This document shows positions 8,261 through 17,810 of a DNA stretch of 64,000 nucleotides, one piece after another. The first letter of the stretch is position 1. The number at the start of each line of letters is the position of its first letter. The notes under the pieces are model-generated. The model saw only the letters and a list, made by a program, of their open reading frames with translations. It was not told the DNA's origin and ran no database searches. The translations under genes were made by a program, and so were the position numbers. This DNA comes from a virus (lineage: Duplodnaviria > Heunggongvirae > Uroviricota > Caudoviricetes), in IMG/VR virus record IMGVR_UViG_3300025015_000009, positions 160,001-224,000 of that record. One strand, 5' to 3'.

Positions 8261-9452
8261 ACTGGACCTTAAGCAACACCACCTCGTCGGCTATTCTTCC
8301 TGTTAGCTTCGTTTCTATCGCTTTAATATTTTTCATGAATGTTCGGAGTTGAACCTTCCCTGCTTTTTGTAACTCACGTAGCGTTTCGTCTGGCTTCCGC
8401 AGAGTTTTGCTCACACTCTTCATTGGGTCGTACCCTGTAATAGTTGTTCCTTTAACCCCGAGTACACCGAATGCAGAGTCCGCTACGTACACCCCAAGTT
8501 TCCGTGTTTTTGTGTTATAACACCACAACTCAACAGAGCCAATTATAGACACAGGGCTGATACTTGCAATCTTTAACGCTGGAAACTCTTTCATGTACTT
8601 CATTTTAGAAACCAACTTTTCTTTGTTGACTGGTTTCTTAACTCTTGCTTTCTTTAAGGTTTTCTTTAGGTTACCGTACGTATCTAAATCAGCTTGAATG
8701 CTATCTAAATATGCAACAATCCGTTTAATGTCTTTTTTAGACAAGAAACTATATGACTCAGTTAATTGGTCGCAGGACCCACTGGCGGCCTCAACTAGCT
8801 CGTTCTTATATCCAGCTATTGTAGACGACACTTTTCCTAGAAACGCATAAGGAACGGTGCTCGCTGTTAGGTGCTCGTAGACGTTCAACTCTGGTACTTT
8901 ATTGTGCGTTACTAAATCAATCTGATGATCTATTTCTCCGATAACAATCGAGACCTTTTCACGCATTCGATCTTGAATTGTAGGTTTATACCCAGTTGTT
9001 ACTTTTGTTTCTGTCACTGGTTCTTTCTGAGACGCACTGTTTATTACCCGCGCTACCGCGTTTAGAATATACTGTTTATGCGGTTCTTTAAGAGGCATAC
9101 CAACCGACTGTGCTTTTAGTAAACTGCACACTGTAATCGGAGTATCCGAGTCTGGCGCCGTTTTGTATACTGCGATGTCAGCAGCGGTCACATCTGAGTG
9201 ATCTTCTAACCAAGCAATTACGTATTTTTTAAGATCTTTTACTGAAAAGAAATAGTTGTAGTAATTAAGACTTTTCATTAAAAGCCGATCAAACTCTTTG
9301 TTGTCTAGTGCAAGTGCTCGTTCTGTGTCCCAGTTAGGCTCAGATCCGAGGAACTTCTCGTCCTCAGAGATCGAAGACCGCAACGATTGAGGTTTTTTCT
9401 TAGTAACAGGTTTAATTGATATCTTTTTTGGTTTATCTGACTTTGCACTCAT
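8259..9452 (-). CDS. Hypothetical protein, T4-superfamily type, function unknown
   Basis: 397-aa basic ORF with an AAGGA RBS. The C-terminal LWCYNTKTRKLG.Y...VKGTTI...KTLRKP looks like a conserved domain. Confidence 0.75.
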   Translation of the reverse strand: MSAKSDKPKKISIKPVTKKKPQSLRSSISEDEKFLGSEPNWDTERALALDNKEFDRLLMKSLNYYNYFFSVKDLKKYVIAWLEDHSDVTAADIAVYKTAPDSDTPITVCSLLKAQSVGMPLKEPHKQYILNAVARVINSASQKEPVTETKVTTGYKPTIQDRMREKVSIVIGEIDHQIDLVTHNKVPELNVYEHLTASTVPYAFLGKVSSTIAGYKNELVEAASGSCDQLTESYSFLSKKDIKRIVAYLDSIQADLDTYGNLKKTLKKARVKKPVNKEKLVSKMKYMKEFPALKIASISPVSIIGSVELWCYNTKTRKLGVYVADSAFGVLGVKGTTITGYDPMKSVSKTLRKPDETLRELQKAGKVQLRTFMKNIKAIETKLTGRIADEVVLLKVQ

Positions 9453-9466
9453 TTAATGTCCTTTGT

Positions 9467-9727
9467 TTATTTTGAGCATAATACAGCGAAGAAGGTAATT
9501 GACTCGAATTCTTCGATTCTAGTGTTAATCAATGATAGTAACTCTATTGTCTGCCGTGTACTAACTTTTCTTTCTCTGCGAGCAATCACTTCTGCTTTAC
9601 TTAACTCGGTAACCAATTTGTCAATTGCATCGAGCATTCGAATTCCATCTCTGCGTGGTAGCAACTTAACTACAACTCTATACAGTTGTTCTCTTTTAAC
9701 CGAGTAATCGAGCGATGATGTTATCAT
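9467..9727 (-). CDS. Hypothetical helical protein
   Basis: 86-aa ORF co-oriented with, and directly upstream of, 8259..9452. A sigma70-like promoter precedes it. Confidence 0.6.
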   Translation of the reverse strand: MITSSLDYSVKREQLYRVVVKLLPRRDGIRMLDAIDKLVTELSKAEVIARRERKVSTRQTIELLSLINTRIEEFESITFFAVLCSK

Positions 9728-9735
9728 AATGTACT

Positions 9736-9764
9736 ATATTAACACCAAACATCAAACAAGTCAA
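9736..9764 (-). promoter_or_regulatory. Sigma70-like (early/middle) promoter
   Basis: Minus strand reads TTGACT-17 nt-TAATAT with a TGn extension. Confidence 0.55.
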
Positions 9765-9776
9765 CCAGGCTGCTAA

Positions 9777-9784
9777 TATAAATA
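9777..9784 (+). promoter_or_regulatory. T4 consensus late promoter TATAAATA
   Basis: Exact T4 late consensus, upstream of an AGGAG RBS and the TTG start at 9807. Confidence 0.75.
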
Positions 9785-9806
9785 CATAACACCCAGGAGA
9801 CGTATT

Positions 9807-10925
9807 TTGGCTAGATTAAGCATGTGGCGAGAAAAGAAGACCTTTGATTACAAATTCATCGACAAGAGAATCGCTGAGATGTATCAAGTCGGTGGGGTGG
9901 GAATACATATTCATAAATATCTGGGGCCGTCTAACACTGGGCCCAGCAGCGATGCAACGCAGCCGCAAATAATCAATCCTACAGAACGCAGCATTCAAGA
10001 TCTTCTCTTTATGGAAAACAGAGACAGGGTATACGACACTACTATATATAACCTTCGTGGCGTATACACAAAGGCAGACCAGGACTTTGATCTTAGCCAA
10101 TTTGGGTTATTTTTGTCATCTGGTACAATGTTTGTTACTTTTCCTCTCAACGACATGGTCCGTATATTGGGTCGGTCTATTATGGCAGGTGATGTACTCG
10201 AGTTACAAAATCTTCAAGATGATTACGCAGATATATCAGACGTCCCTGCGTCGCTGAAGCGATACTACGTTGCATCTGATTGTTCATGGCCAGCAGAGGG
10301 GTTTTCGCCTATCTGGTACCCGCACCTGTGGCGAGTTAAATTAAGCCCATTGGTAGACTCTCAAGAATACAAGGGCTTGTTAGATAGTATCAAGGCAGGT
10401 AATGTTGGTACTCCTGTTAGTTCAGTGATTAGCCAACTCGATACATATTTAAACATTAACGAGGCGATTGTAGAACAAGCCAACAACGACGTACCAATGA
10501 GTGGGTATGACAATACAAAACTCTACACTACCTTTAAGGGTGCCGACATGCCCGGAGAGGGAATAGAACTAACAAACGAGGATGTTATAACTCCTAGGAA
10601 AGGTGATTGGGACGGGTACTTAACTGGGGATGGTTTAGCCCCCAACGGATATCCAGTTACGTCAGGCATTACTTTTCCAATTAACCCTGGTTTCGGAGAT
10701 TACCATTTAAGGTTAGACTACTTGCCTAATAGGCTATTTCGATATGACGGAGTCAGGTGGAATAAAGTAGAAGATGTTCAACGCACCAGCCTTAACCGTG
10801 GTCCAGAGAACAAGTCGCTTAAGAGTTCGTTTGTTAACAACCAGCAAACATTCGTCGATAACGACGGGACAGTGCAACCCGAGTTGCAAGCATTGTCTGA
10901 GATACTAAAAGCTCGACCGAGCTAA
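9807..10925 (+). CDS. Head closure / neck protein (T4 gp14-like)
   Basis: IQDLLFMENRDR.YD, FDLSQFGLF, GDVLEL. It lies directly upstream of the gp15-like gene and has a TTG start with RBS. Confidence 0.7.
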   Translation: MARLSMWREKKTFDYKFIDKRIAEMYQVGGVGIHIHKYLGPSNTGPSSDATQPQIINPTERSIQDLLFMENRDRVYDTTIYNLRGVYTKADQDFDLSQFGLFLSSGTMFVTFPLNDMVRILGRSIMAGDVLELQNLQDDYADISDVPASLKRYYVASDCSWPAEGFSPIWYPHLWRVKLSPLVDSQEYKGLLDSIKAGNVGTPVSSVISQLDTYLNINEAIVEQANNDVPMSGYDNTKLYTTFKGADMPGEGIELTNEDVITPRKGDWDGYLTGDGLAPNGYPVTSGITFPINPGFGDYHLRLDYLPNRLFRYDGVRWNKVEDVQRTSLNRGPENKSLKSSFVNNQQTFVDNDGTVQPELQALSEILKARPS

Positions 10926-10934
10926 AAGGAAAAC

Positions 10935-12356
10935 ATGAATCAATTTTTTTATACAGGACAGATTAGACGATTCTTAACACAGTTTGTTAGAGCTATGTCT
11001 GGCTTTCAGGTTGAGATCAGCAAGAATGCATTGGGCATATCAACCTACCAACAAATTCCAGTTATATATGGAGACTCTAGTAGGCAAGTGGCTCAGATTC
11101 TAAAAGGTAATACTGAGAACATGATGTCGTCGGTTCCAATGATGTCAATTTACATTACAAGTTTAACATACGATCGACCAAGGATATTGAACCCGTACCA
11201 CGTCGATAAAATACACATAAAAGAGCGACAGTATAACGAAGAGACAAACGAATGGTCTGAAAATAGAGGCGATTCGTTTACCGTAGAACGGTTAATGCCA
11301 GTACCATACAAGCTAGGATTAAAGCTAGATATCTGGTCCAGTAGCACAGATCAAAAATTGCAAATCGTCGAGCAGATATCAACTCTATTTAACCCTGAGC
11401 TAGAAATTCAGAACACCGACAATTTCTTAGACTGGACTAGCTTGTCGGCCATATTCCTAAACGACATTGTTTGGTCTTCTAGGAACGTCCCAATGGGTGC
11501 CGATGACTCGATCGACGTTGCTACGATGACATTCGAATTACCAATTTGGCTAAGCACTCCTGCAAAAGTTAAAAAGCTCGGTGTTATACAAAAAGTTATA
11601 TCAGACATATACGACGTAACTGGCGCAACTGATAACTTAACTCCTGGCAGCTTATCTCCGGATATACTAGACTTAGCAAATAGTACAGTGTTGACTCGTA
11701 GGTTCTTAACCCCAATGGGTGTGCATTTACTTTACTTAGGCAACACGCTCAGGTTACTCAAAGAGTCAGATGCAGTGTTAACAAACAACACAATAAACAC
11801 CCCCATCAACGACCCGAACGTAAGGCCTACTTCTTGGCAAGAGCTAATGAACATGTACGGTGAGCTGGTAAACGGAGTAACCCAGATCCGGTTATTCCAA
11901 GAAGGGACTGGTACCGAAGTTATCGGTACTGTTGCATACCACCCAACCGATCCGTTGCTGCTACTATTTTCACCGTTCCTTGATACTCTTCCTGTTAATT
12001 CGGTGCCTGCTATTAACGCAATAATCGACCCGTATACTGTGAATATTACTGCTACTATCTTGACCCCGACAGTCGGTTACCGATTTCTGATACTAGACGA
12101 CATAGGGTCTATATTAAACAGTGAAGGTGCGCTGGCCTGGAGAGGATCTGACAACGTAGACCTTGTTGCTAAAAAGAACGACATTATCGAATACAACGGG
12201 ACTCATTGGGTTGTTAGTTTTGTTGCGGCTGAGGCAACTGACATTAAATATGTTACGAACGCCACAACTGGTTCGCAATATAAACTAGAAAGCAACCAAT
12301 GGGTGAAGTCAGTAGAGGGTCATTATATAAACGGCAATTGGCGAATTGTTCTTTGA
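10935..12356 (+). CDS. gp15: Tail sheath stabiliser / tail terminator (T4 gp15-like) with C-terminal extension
   Basis: FFY..QIRRF..QF, IPVIYG, MPVPY.L...LDIW, QKLQI.EQI..LFNP. Confidence 0.8.
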   Translation: MNQFFYTGQIRRFLTQFVRAMSGFQVEISKNALGISTYQQIPVIYGDSSRQVAQILKGNTENMMSSVPMMSIYITSLTYDRPRILNPYHVDKIHIKERQYNEETNEWSENRGDSFTVERLMPVPYKLGLKLDIWSSSTDQKLQIVEQISTLFNPELEIQNTDNFLDWTSLSAIFLNDIVWSSRNVPMGADDSIDVATMTFELPIWLSTPAKVKKLGVIQKVISDIYDVTGATDNLTPGSLSPDILDLANSTVLTRRFLTPMGVHLLYLGNTLRLLKESDAVLTNNTINTPINDPNVRPTSWQELMNMYGELVNGVTQIRLFQEGTGTEVIGTVAYHPTDPLLLLFSPFLDTLPVNSVPAINAIIDPYTVNITATILTPTVGYRFLILDDIGSILNSEGALAWRGSDNVDLVAKKNDIIEYNGTHWVVSFVAAEATDIKYVTNATTGSQYKLESNQWVKSVEGHYINGNWRIVL

Positions 12357-12775
12357 AGCGAAGCCGAAATGCAGGGGCATTAATATATAGTACGTCGTCT
12401 AAGCGGTTTTTGTTCTTGCTTCGTGACTCGCTAAAAAAACATCGGAGCACCTGGGGACTAGTTGGTGGGAAGATCGAAAAAGACGAGCGACCGTTACAGG
12501 CTTTACTCCGTGAAGCAAAGGAAGAACTGTCTATAGACTTTAGTTACAACAAGATTGTTCCTATTGAAACGTTTACTAGCGAGCAGCTTTTTATTTATTA
12601 CACATTCTTGATAGTAGTTGATACTGAGTTTGTCCCCACTTTGAATTTAGAACATCGAGGATACGCATGGGTACATTTGGCTGATTACCCTACCCCGTTA
12701 CACCCAGGGGTTTGGAAAACATTTAACTTTAACGCAGTGATGGATAAGCTAGAAGTCGTTAAGAACCTGCTCTAA
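12353..12775 (+). CDS. NUDIX hydrolase
   Basis: NUDIX box GGKIEKDERPLQALLREAKEELSI, plus LNLEH.GYAW and PLHPG. The start is probably the TTG overlapping the upstream TGA (the ORF track opens at 12299). Confidence 0.88.
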   Translation: MKRSRNAGALIYSTSSKRFLFLLRDSLKKHRSTWGLVGGKIEKDERPLQALLREAKEELSIDFSYNKIVPIETFTSEQLFIYYTFLIVVDTEFVPTLNLEHRGYAWVHLADYPTPLHPGVWKTFNFNAVMDKLEVVKNLL

Positions 12776-13554
12776 GTTGCATCCTTACTTTTAATCTTTG
12801 ACAGTGCCGATTTAAACCCGTTTAGTTTTTCGAGAATTTGTTGAGCTTTTTCTTTGTTTATACTCGTTTTCTTTGGGGAGTTAGCAGATTCCTTCGAAGT
12901 AGTGTCTTCTTGCTTTGTAGTTTGTGGTTTATCTGTTCTTGTTGTCTGCTTTTTAGCTGGGAATGGAGCCGGCGATTCATAATCAAACCCACCTTTTTCT
13001 ACTTTTGGCGCATTGTCAGGACGAGTAATTGATTTCTTAACTATCTGATCCCATGTTTCAGCAGGAGCATTTCCACTTGTGTCACCTTTAACTTGAGTCG
13101 AATTAGGTTGCGCGACCTTTGCTGGCTGTGGCTCTTTTACAGTAGACACAGTCGATGTATCGTCGGGTTCTGACTCTTTATCAGTTTCTTCTATTACTTT
13201 AACTTTAACTGCTCGTGTGCTAACTGTTGTTTCGACTGTCGGTCGTGCTTTTGTTGACGTAACGTCAAACTCAACCAACGGTTTAAACTCAATACTTTCT
13301 CTCAATGGAACAAAGTATTTTCCGTCGATTACAACCTCCAACTTCGCATCAAATTGCCCTGCTGGTAAAATACCTTTAAGTTTAGGAATCGACGCAGTTA
13401 TAGTTCCGTTGCTCTCAGTGCATTTACATACGATACCGTATGTCGGTCCTTCGATTATAAATCGAATGTCAGATGTTTTTTCAGCAGTTCCGTGTATTTC
13501 GATGCCAAATTCTACTTCGGCTGCTTCGTTTAATTCAAGTTGAGCTAGTAACAA
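12772..13554 (-). CDS. Hypothetical protein (Ig-like beta N-terminal domain plus low-complexity K/T/P-rich tail)
   Basis: 260-aa ORF with an AAGGA RBS and ATAAATA upstream at 13579-13585. Confidence 0.65.
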   Translation of the reverse strand: MLLAQLELNEAAEVEFGIEIHGTAEKTSDIRFIIEGPTYGIVCKCTESNGTITASIPKLKGILPAGQFDAKLEVVIDGKYFVPLRESIEFKPLVEFDVTSTKARPTVETTVSTRAVKVKVIEETDKESEPDDTSTVSTVKEPQPAKVAQPNSTQVKGDTSGNAPAETWDQIVKKSITRPDNAPKVEKGGFDYESPAPFPAKKQTTRTDKPQTTKQEDTTSKESANSPKKTSINKEKAQQILEKLNGFKSALSKIKSKDAT

Positions 13555-13612
13555 GATTTTTCCTTTATTGCGTTAGTGTATTTATGTGATAACAACCAAA
13601 GTTAACAACTTG

Positions 13613-14146
13613 TTAGATCGTACGAACCGGTTGAATGCATGTTAGTACAAAAACTCCTTCTGCTGCTGTTACCGTACATCTCACTTTATACGTATTCCCT
13701 GACAGACCTCCAGATAATACTTGTGTAACAACGCCGTGGTTAACAGTGGCCGATGTTGTCGCGATATTTGTTGTATCTGGGTACAATATGTTAGTTAGCT
13801 TAGTAACAGATGTTGCTGTACCTGTGCCTATTCCAGTTACAATCTCCCATTCTTCGAGAGCAAACACCGATTTTCTCGGTTTTACCCAAATTGTTCGAAG
13901 GTCGTTGTTGTATGCAAGCAAATATCCATCGTGGGTAGTCGTTAAATTTCTAACCACCTTTCCGATATCAGTTACGTCGCAGTTAACCCACCCGTCGAGT
14001 TGACTTACAATTACAACATTTTCAGTAATATCAACGATAGTCTCACATGTAACTGACACCGTTGCTATCGATTTAACGTGGTTTGAAAAGTCGAAGGTAA
14101 TCGCATACTGCTCTGCTGGGTCTTTTTCTACTAGTATATTTTTCAT
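13613..14146 (-). CDS. Putative fibre adaptor / structural protein (KDP..E..Y..DF type)
   Basis: N-terminal KDPAEQYAITFDFS and C-terminal LSGG..G.TY.V.C.VT, with an internal insert. It follows the repeat-rich fibre-like gene. Confidence 0.55.
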   Translation of the reverse strand: MKNILVEKDPAEQYAITFDFSNHVKSIATVSVTCETIVDITENVVIVSQLDGWVNCDVTDIGKVVRNLTTTHDGYLLAYNNDLRTIWVKPRKSVFALEEWEIVTGIGTGTATSVTKLTNILYPDTTNIATTSATVNHGVVTQVLSGGLSGNTYKVRCTVTAAEGVFVLTCIQPVRTI

Positions 14147-14147
14147 A

Positions 14148-16808
14148 TTATTTAAGTGTTATTGTATTTATTGCTGACAACTTAACTATTCTATAGTCGT
14201 TCGTTGGTAACTTATCTAATACAGTCTGAAACTTATTTTCTTTTGGTACCCATTTAGCTAACACTGTTTGATTCCCCAGTAGTGGGACGATAACTGAAAA
14301 TGCACCAGATGCTCCTGCTATCACCCTGGTTTTCTTGTTTTGAACAGTGCTTCCTGTTAACGTATAGTGATGCGGAATTGTTGTTAGTGATGCATACCCT
14401 TTGTGCAACAGCACGTCGGTGCTGCTTGTTATTACTGTAGCGGGAACCGAAATTAGTATAGATGTTTGTGTGGTAGCAACAGCATTACCGTTACATGTTA
14501 AATTGCCCGACTCAGCCACTATAGTTACGACTACTGTTCTGTCTAATACAGCATCATTGGGTGTCAGGTGAACATCAGCCGATGTTGGTTGTACAATCGA
14601 GTACTTATTAATGCTAACAACCTCAGACGACAGAAGGACGCCACTGGTATCCCCTATTAGGCGCCTGGTTGTTTGCAGTAAACTATCACTGGGCGTCATC
14701 AACACTGCAACAGAGTTTCCTCTGATACCGTGCTTAACATCGAAGTCACCTACCCCAACTACCGAATAAGACGCCGGCGATGCTGTTAATGTTATGTTGT
14801 TCTTTGTTACAATTGCCCGCTGACCAGTTAGCCGCAATGCTACTGTACCAGTTGTTAATGTTCTTGGTTTAATTAAATTAACTGCCGTACCAACTAACGC
14901 AATGTTGCTTGTTACTGATACTAAATCACTATCTTCACCTAATACCGCTACTGTTCCTACCAATGAAAACGAAGTTGGGTCAGTTATTGTTTTTACTGCT
15001 GACTCACGTAGCCCTGCTCGTTGACCAGTTGCTCTGACTTCTCCTGGGGTAGTTGTTAGTGTTCTTGGTTTAACCAAATTGACTGCCGTACCAACTAACG
15101 CAATGTTGCTTGTTACTGATACTAAATCACTATCTTCACCTAATACTGCTACTGTTCCTGTTAATGCAAACGAGATCGACTCAGTTATTGTTTTTACTGC
15201 TGACTCACGTAGCCCTGCTCGTTGACCAGTTGCTCTTACCTCCCCTGGGGTAGTTGTTAATGTCCTTGGTCTTAGTAGTACATTAGACGTATAATTGGCA
15301 ACTAAATATCCATTGGCACCTACTATTTTGTGTTGGTATAATGCCTTTACACTGGTGCCTACTACTGTCATCGAACTGGATTGTACTTCACAATTCAAGT
15401 CTCTTGTTAGACCGCTTGCTGTCCCAACGAACATATAACTGTTATTGCTGGCCTGTACTGAATAGTTCTGATTAAAGAGTACTCCGCTGCCTAATAGTAT
15501 TATCGAGTTCGGCTCGTCAAGTAACATTCGAGAGTGAGTTAACGCTGCTGTATTTTCAGTTAACGAAAAATCAGCAGGTGCTGCTAGTAGGATGCGGATA
15601 GCACTCGATACATTGGGTTGGCCAATTAACTCATAATAACTGGTACTAGTCGAGCATGTATAACTAGCTATAATTTCATTGCTACTTCCTACTAGCGTAT
15701 AAGAAGATGTGACTGAGCGAACTTGCCTAGTACACTGAAGAGCAATAGTAGTTCCAGTCAACCGAATAACAGGTGGGTATTTTTTAACTGAGTTAATCTC
15801 AGATGCCTGGAATACAAATAACCCAGTTTCTGCACTAAACGGAGTATCTTTAGTTAAAGTACTGTTGCTTCCGCTAACTGTATATAAACGAGTTTCTGTG
15901 GTACATCGGTTCCCTTTGACAACAGTATTGTCAGCAAACGAAATTACAAAATTAGTAGGCTCGGTGTTTAACTCAAGCTGGTTATTTAAGTTACACGGGA
16001 TACCGTGTACTTGTATGCTCGCAGGGACTGTTATTAGCTCTGCTTTCTTTATTAACCGCAGCGGGTCAGCAACTAACGAATACTCGACACTTGCTGCGGT
16101 TAATGGTAATCCTTTTGTTAGAGCGGCGCTGGTGCCAACATACACACAGCTTCCGGTTTGAGTTCTGATTAACGACAGTTCATTTATTTTTGCCGGTGTT
16201 CCGTCTAGAGTGAACGCACCAGTGTCGCACAACGCCACACGGCCCGTCGGGGATATTATAATTACTCTTGACCTAGCAATAATAACATTAGTACCAACAA
16301 CAGCAAAGTTCACTGAGTTTGGGCGGAGGATATGATCTTCGTCTATGTCATTATTTGTACCAGTCAATACAAACGACGCCGGGGTTGATATAAGAATGTG
16401 ATCTGCGTCTATATCGTTATTTGTGCCAGTTAGTGCAAATAAAGTAGAACTGGTTGCTAACTTATAGTTAGAAATGTTTGCCGGTGTACCAGTTAATGCA
16501 AATGCCGCTGGTGTTGATGTAAGAATGTGATCTTCGTCTATGTCGTTATTTGTGCCGGTTAACGTAAACGAGGCTGAGATTGATAATAAATGTCGATTAA
16601 CAAGAGTACTAGCCGAGGTACCTGATACTGCAAATGCACCCGAGCTAATGTTTACCTTGTATTGACGTAAGGCAGCATCTGTCCCTGTTAAGACAAATAA
16701 AGGAACGACAACCGAAGTTGTCGTTTCTATGTAACTCTGTTTTAGTACTGATTCTGTGCCACTTGTAGCAAAGTTACCAGTGCCAGTGGTGATCACAAAA
16801 TCAGTCAT
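14148..16808 (-). CDS. Repeat-rich, beta-structured fibre-like virion protein
   Basis: 886 aa, T/S/V-rich, with a ~21-22-aa periodic (F/Y)x(L/V)xG(T/S) motif along its whole length. Confidence 0.65.
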   Translation of the reverse strand: MTDFVITTGTGNFATSGTESVLKQSYIETTTSVVVPLFVLTGTDAALRQYKVNISSGAFAVSGTSASTLVNRHLLSISASFTLTGTNNDIDEDHILTSTPAAFALTGTPANISNYKLATSSTLFALTGTNNDIDADHILISTPASFVLTGTNNDIDEDHILRPNSVNFAVVGTNVIIARSRVIIISPTGRVALCDTGAFTLDGTPAKINELSLIRTQTGSCVYVGTSAALTKGLPLTAASVEYSLVADPLRLIKKAELITVPASIQVHGIPCNLNNQLELNTEPTNFVISFADNTVVKGNRCTTETRLYTVSGSNSTLTKDTPFSAETGLFVFQASEINSVKKYPPVIRLTGTTIALQCTRQVRSVTSSYTLVGSSNEIIASYTCSTSTSYYELIGQPNVSSAIRILLAAPADFSLTENTAALTHSRMLLDEPNSIILLGSGVLFNQNYSVQASNNSYMFVGTASGLTRDLNCEVQSSSMTVVGTSVKALYQHKIVGANGYLVANYTSNVLLRPRTLTTTPGEVRATGQRAGLRESAVKTITESISFALTGTVAVLGEDSDLVSVTSNIALVGTAVNLVKPRTLTTTPGEVRATGQRAGLRESAVKTITDPTSFSLVGTVAVLGEDSDLVSVTSNIALVGTAVNLIKPRTLTTGTVALRLTGQRAIVTKNNITLTASPASYSVVGVGDFDVKHGIRGNSVAVLMTPSDSLLQTTRRLIGDTSGVLLSSEVVSINKYSIVQPTSADVHLTPNDAVLDRTVVVTIVAESGNLTCNGNAVATTQTSILISVPATVITSSTDVLLHKGYASLTTIPHHYTLTGSTVQNKKTRVIAGASGAFSVIVPLLGNQTVLAKWVPKENKFQTVLDKLPTNDYRIVKLSAINTITLK
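14815..15272. repeat. Near-identical 201-nt (67-aa) tandem duplication, ~2.3 copies
   Basis: ACTGCCGTACCAACTAACGC occurs at 14881 and 15082 (period 201). The peptide PRTLTTTPGEVRATGQRAGLRESAVKTIT...EDSDLVSVTSNIALVGTAVNL is repeated. Confidence 0.92.
16330..16562. repeat. Three copies of an LTGTNNDID(E/A)DHIL unit
   Basis: Similar segments start at about 16334, 16400 and 16529 (spacings 66 and 129 nt). Confidence 0.88.
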
Positions 16809-16809
16809 A

Positions 16810-17247
16810 TTACGCTATCGTAAAGATAGTTGTGTTAGTAGTAAAGTCAACTGTAAACGTCTCAGACGCAAGCAATGTTACTGCTGATCCGTAGTTGTAC
16901 CACCCGATTAGCTCTTTGTTCGTTGCTGTGTCGTTGTATAACACCACATACTGGAACGGACCAAACCCTGTTGTAGCAGTAAACACAACGTTTGCTCCAG
17001 TGAAAGCAGATGTTCCTGTTGTATTAGTCCAGCCTTGACTGGCAACTGCTGTTCCTGTTGTTGTGTACCCGCCTGCTGTTGCCAAATCTGCTGGGCCATC
17101 AAGTGCCCCGCCGTTTGGATTATACACTGTGTTTGCCGCGGTAGGAAGGGTGTTAGTCAGGTACACTTTAATTGTGTCACTCACTAGGTTGTGTTTCTTT
17201 GCTCCCAGATCTTGTACGAACGTGTTAATTTTGTTAAATGCAGCCAT
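16810..17247 (-). CDS. Small virion fibre-associated structural protein
   Basis: MAAFNK.N.FV.DL..K.HNL.SDTIKV.LTN, GGYT..G, GPFQYVVLYNDT, LIGWYNYG..VTL...ETF.VDF. AGGAG RBS and GATAAATA at 17293-17300. Confidence 0.65.
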   Translation of the reverse strand: MAAFNKINTFVQDLGAKKHNLVSDTIKVYLTNTLPTAANTVYNPNGGALDGPADLATAGGYTTTGTAVASQGWTNTTGTSAFTGANVVFTATTGFGPFQYVVLYNDTATNKELIGWYNYGSAVTLLASETFTVDFTTNTTIFTIA

Positions 17248-17324
17248 TTTGTTTCTCCTGTAAGTAAGTTGAATATTCCGATATTCTACTATTATTTATC
17301 GTTCTACGACATTATCGTATTGTA

Positions 17325-17810
17325 TTACTGCCCTTTGTTGATTAAATCTAAACACCCGGTTGTTCCCATTGTTTTCGACACTTCTGCCTTAAACACACAC
17401 GAGTTACACTTTGAGTCCCACCGGAGTAACATTTCTCGTAAACTAGCAATTTCTGCCTGTAGTTCAATGTTTTGTGTTCTAAACGAGCCAATTTGGGCAG
17501 TTAACGACGCAACATCTGACCCTAATTGAATGTTTTTTCGTTGGAACTCAGTTAGCTGTACTAACATCTCCTTGTTACTTGCACTCATTCTTTCCATCTC
17601 GTTACGCATCAACTCGATTATTGCTTGTTGTGCTTCTTGAGCTGCTCGTTGGGTGTCAGACCCGGCAGAATTTGCTCCGTGTTGGGCAATGTTAGACCCA
17701 TCTTTGGACCACATCGATTGTGCTCTTCGCAATCCCAATCCGCCTGTTATTAACGCTGCTACTATGCTCAGTATTATTGTTACGTCCGAGTCAAGATTCA
17801 ACAGGTTCAT
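17325..17810 (-). CDS. Membrane-anchored coiled-coil protein (possibly lysis-related)
   Basis: N-terminal hydrophobic helix IILSIVAALITGGLGL, a long heptad coiled coil and C-terminal Cys residues. Its start overlaps the upstream stop (ATGA). Confidence 0.6.
   Translation of the reverse strand: MNLLNLDSDVTIILSIVAALITGGLGLRRAQSMWSKDGSNIAQHGANSAGSDTQRAAQEAQQAIIELMRNEMERMSASNKEMLVQLTEFQRKNIQLGSDVASLTAQIGSFRTQNIELQAEIASLREMLLRWDSKCNSCVFKAEVSKTMGTTGCLDLINKGQ

Noticed and set aside
14815-15272. 201-nt repeat as a DGR template/variable repeat pair
   Set aside because: The copies are tandem and in frame within one gene, the differences are not adenine-specific, and no RT gene is present in the window.
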